A stretch of DNA of 27,283 nucleotides from NCBI GenBank assembly GCA_038208905.1, contig JBBQYG010000043.1, forward strand, positions 1 through 27,283. The letters run 5' to 3'. The position numbers and the translations under genes were made by a program. Source of the DNA: Candidatus Sumerlaeia bacterium. GTDB taxonomy: Bacteria > Sumerlaeota > Sumerlaeia > SLMS01. Shown here one piece after another: positions 24,926 to 27,283 of the stretch. The notes under the pieces were generated by a model. That model was not told the DNA's origin and made no database searches. It saw nothing but the letters and a program-made list of their open reading frames with translations. How positions within the stretch are numbered: the stretch's first letter is position 1; each line of letters starts with the position of its first letter.

Positions 24926-25762
24926 TCAGGTACCGATGTCTAGCAACAGGGCCTTGAGGGCCGAAAGGTCAGCCGCGTCGATGGTGGACGTGGATCCCAC
25001 CAGATTGGAATTCCCCATGGCGATGGGGTCGGCCGTGGGGGCGTTGGCGATGTACTCGATGATGCGGACAAGATCGGCTGCGTCCAAGGCGCCGTCGCCG
25101 TTGGAGTCGCCGAGGAACCTGCGCACGATGCGGAATCCGTCGAAGTCGGCGCCGCCCTGAGCCAAGTTCTTGAACCCGTTCAGGCCGTTGACCGTGGAGT
25201 CGCGGAAGCCGAGCGGGGCCGTGTTGCGCTTGGTGTTGTTGACCCAGATTTCCCAGCTCTTGGCGTCGAAATCGAGCTGGAGCGTGACCTTGTACCAGTT
25301 GTTGGAGACGAGCGAAATGCCAAGGCTGGTGGGCTCCGCGCCCGCCGCCTTGGTGCCGTCCCACACTTCGATGCCGTTTGTCTGGCCGAAGTGGACGATG
25401 GCGGAGGCCTCGGTGACGGGGTAGTTGGCGTTGGCGAGCGTGACGCTGCTGCCGGCGCCGCGGAAGTAGCCCTCCACCCACACGGTCTTGCCCGCGCGGG
25501 AGGTTTCCTGGGCGGTGAGGCTAAAGTCGAGGATGGCGCCGGAGCCGAGCTGGACGAACTGGCTGCTGGCCTGTGCGCCGCTGCCGCTCACGACGTTGAC
25601 GGGGGGATTCTCCACCGTCCAGTTGGGAAGGTTGGTGGGGAAGGCCCCCGCCGCGAAGCCCTCGTTTGATTCAAAGCCGCTTTGGTAAACGGGAAGGGCA
25701 ACCGCCCCCGCCGCCGCGATCATCGTCGCGCAGGCCCCTGCAACCGTCAGCAATGTCTTCAC
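24926..25762 (-). CDS. Secreted beta-sandwich protein with a C-terminal dockerin type I-like domain
   Basis: Signal peptide MKTLLTVAGACATMIAAAGAVA, a ConA/LamG-like WYKVTLQLDFDAKSWEIWVN segment, and dockerin-like LGDSNGDGALDAADLVRI..IDAADLSALKALLL. GAAAGG RBS before the GTG start. Confidence 0.8.
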   Translation of the reverse strand: MKTLLTVAGACATMIAAAGAVALPVYQSGFESNEGFAAGAFPTNLPNWTVENPPVNVVSGSGAQASSQFVQLGSGAILDFSLTAQETSRAGKTVWVEGYFRGAGSSVTLANANYPVTEASAIVHFGQTNGIEVWDGTKAAGAEPTSLGISLVSNNWYKVTLQLDFDAKSWEIWVNNTKRNTAPLGFRDSTVNGLNGFKNLAQGGADFDGFRIVRRFLGDSNGDGALDAADLVRIIEYIANAPTADPIAMGNSNLVGSTSTIDAADLSALKALLLDIGT

Positions 25763-25881
25763 GTTACTCGTTACCTTTCCCGACCGATTCGTATGGGAAT
25801 CCCTGCCCGCCCATCACGGGGAATGAGGGTAAACTTGGGGCGGAAACCGCCCGCTGGCAAGCAAAACGTCGCCAGCCAGAG

Positions 25882-26634
25882 CTATCTTTCCATTAGCTTC
25901 TCGAAAACCCGGGCATAGGGCGGCAATCCGTCGGAACTATTGCCATAGTAGTACCCATAGGTGACGGAAGATTCCCTTTCATCCGAGTTGCTTTGGTGAA
26001 CCACGCGCCCACCCACGCGTTCCGTTGCCACGATCGCATAGTCGATCTTCCCCGCAATCCGGCCGCGTGGCAGCCCCAGCAGGGCGGGAATCTGGCCCAG
26101 ATCGGCGATGCCGAACAAGTTTAGGCCATAGGAATAGCGGTACTGCCGCGTGCTCGCGCCGGACAATTCACCACGCACCACCAGATCGTACCGCCGCACG
26201 TCTGTCCCCGGCGAAAGGTCGCGCCACAGATCCACGCCATCGGCCACGCCTTGCTCCAGAAGCTGCCTGGCGGCGGCGCGTTCGACCGATTCCGCCAGCC
26301 CGCCAGAGAGGCCCGTTTCCCCCGCAAAGAGGAACCGCTCCCCCCAGGCAAACGCCGACTCGGGGAATTCGGTGCGGCGGTCGGCGACGAAGAAACTCGC
26401 CAGCCCCAGCACGGGGATCTGGCTGATGGCAAAGGCCTCGTTGGCATTAGCTCCGCGAACCCGCGCGTCACGGAACGGCATCACCAGCGCCCGGGTGCGT
26501 GCACTATTCCCGATCGACGAATGCGGCGGCTGCCCGCCCCCTGCCAATGGTGTTACCGATACCGCCCGGCACCCCCCGGCAAGGAACGCCGCCGCAATCA
26601 ATACGGATAGGAAAAGGCGACGAGTCGGAGACAT
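25882..26634 (-). CDS. Hypothetical lipoprotein
   Basis: MSPTRRLFLSVLIAAAFLAGGC lipoprotein signal, followed by VMPFRDAR and YDLVVRGEL alpha/beta patterns. Confidence 0.65.
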   Translation of the reverse strand: MSPTRRLFLSVLIAAAFLAGGCRAVSVTPLAGGGQPPHSSIGNSARTRALVMPFRDARVRGANANEAFAISQIPVLGLASFFVADRRTEFPESAFAWGERFLFAGETGLSGGLAESVERAAARQLLEQGVADGVDLWRDLSPGTDVRRYDLVVRGELSGASTRQYRYSYGLNLFGIADLGQIPALLGLPRGRIAGKIDYAIVATERVGGRVVHQSNSDERESSVTYGYYYGNSSDGLPPYARVFEKLMER

Positions 26635-26815
26635 GGGATGTCCTTGGGCGCGGGATCGAGACGTGCGCAGGATGGAGCGGGGGGGTGGAGACGGGCAATC
26701 ATGAAGGGCGGGTCGCGGGGATCGACTGGCGAAGGGCGTAGGTTGCCACCGCGATTTGGAGCCAAAGCCATCGTGCGCGAGCAAACCTTGGGGAAAGGCA
26801 GTGGCGCGCTTTTCC

Positions 26816-27012
26816 TTGCACCCAGATTCATCCGGGTGGGAACGGATCTGCAACTGTTGAGAGCGCGCTTTAGCGTGCTTTCTCCGGCGGGAAGTCGGTG
26901 ATGGGGACGAGTGGGCCCATTCAGGAAGCACGCTAAAACGCGCTTGGAATTATTACTTGGTCGGCACCCCCGGATAAATCCGGGGGCAACAAGTGGCCCG
27001 CTGAAGCGGGCT
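26816..27012. repeat. Nested palindromic REP/REPIN- or MITE-like element
   Basis: Layout A(26816-26840)-B(26861-26880)-B'(26926-26945)-A'(26964-26989), with A/A' and B/B' imperfect inverted copies, plus palindrome GCCCGCTGAAGCGGGC at 26996-27011. Confidence 0.6.
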
Positions 27013-27215
27013 GGGGACACTTCGAGTCGGCGCCTTGTATGATTTCTGCCACACCCACAGCGAAGCAGGCGGCGACACACCCTGAGAAAACACGTACTTC
27101 CCCGAAGTCGGATACGCGGCAGATGTCGGTTCTGCCCTCCCGGCCCCCCGCTTCCGCCCTTGCTCCCCACCGCCTATCCGCCGCGATGATCCGTCAAACT
27201 CCCACGGCGGAAAAC

Positions 27216-27283
27216 ATGCCCCTCGCCCAATACATCGACCGATTCCGTAAGCAGCGCCTGCTGGTGGTGGGCGACGCCATTGT
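27216..27283 (+). CDS. Start of a probable RfaE/HldE-type heptose kinase (PfkB family), 3' partial
   Basis: MPLAQYIDRFRKQRLLVVGDAI resembles the N-terminal F...r.LVVGD.mLD motif of RfaE domain I. Only 22 codons are visible, and there is an alternative in-frame ATG at 27186. Confidence 0.55.
   Translation, partial: MPLAQYIDRFRKQRLLVVGDAI

Noticed and set aside
26598-27170. 190-aa minus-strand ORF and the upstream extension of the lipoprotein to 26931
   Set aside because: They run through the palindromic repeat element with no protein-like features; the lipoprotein signal starts at 26634.

Overview
GC-rich bacterial chromosomal window with about 18 CDSs. No rRNA, tRNA, CRISPR array or transposase was seen. 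The duplicated C-terminal domain of the first protein tentatively suggests Candidatus Sumerlaeota (BRC1); this is from recollection and unverified. In order: a 5'-truncated mucin-like Thr/Pro/Gly repeat protein; two GT-C membrane glycosyltransferases (one TMTC-like with TPRs); a secreted OB-fold/thioredoxin-like protein; a two-gene DUF2335 module with its own sigma70 promoter; an intact 1068-aa DnaE (Pol III alpha) paralogue lacking all recognisable catalytic motifs; tadA; a GHL10-like secreted protein; purE-purK and a third GT-C gene; an exported cyanophycinase coupled to an atypical LysR regulator; a GT4 glycosyltransferase; a 1253-aa Hsp70-linker-TPR-Ser/Thr kinase fusion; a dockerin-bearing secreted protein; a lipoprotein; a nested palindromic REP-like element; and the start of a probable RfaE/HldE-type kinase. 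The strongest candidates for undescribed biology are the chaperone-kinase fusion and the catalytically dead DnaE that keeps clamp- and tau-binding-like regions. Next come the candidate glycoprotein locus and a switch-like inverted-repeat element upstream of purEK. All family calls come from motif reading only; no database searches were run.
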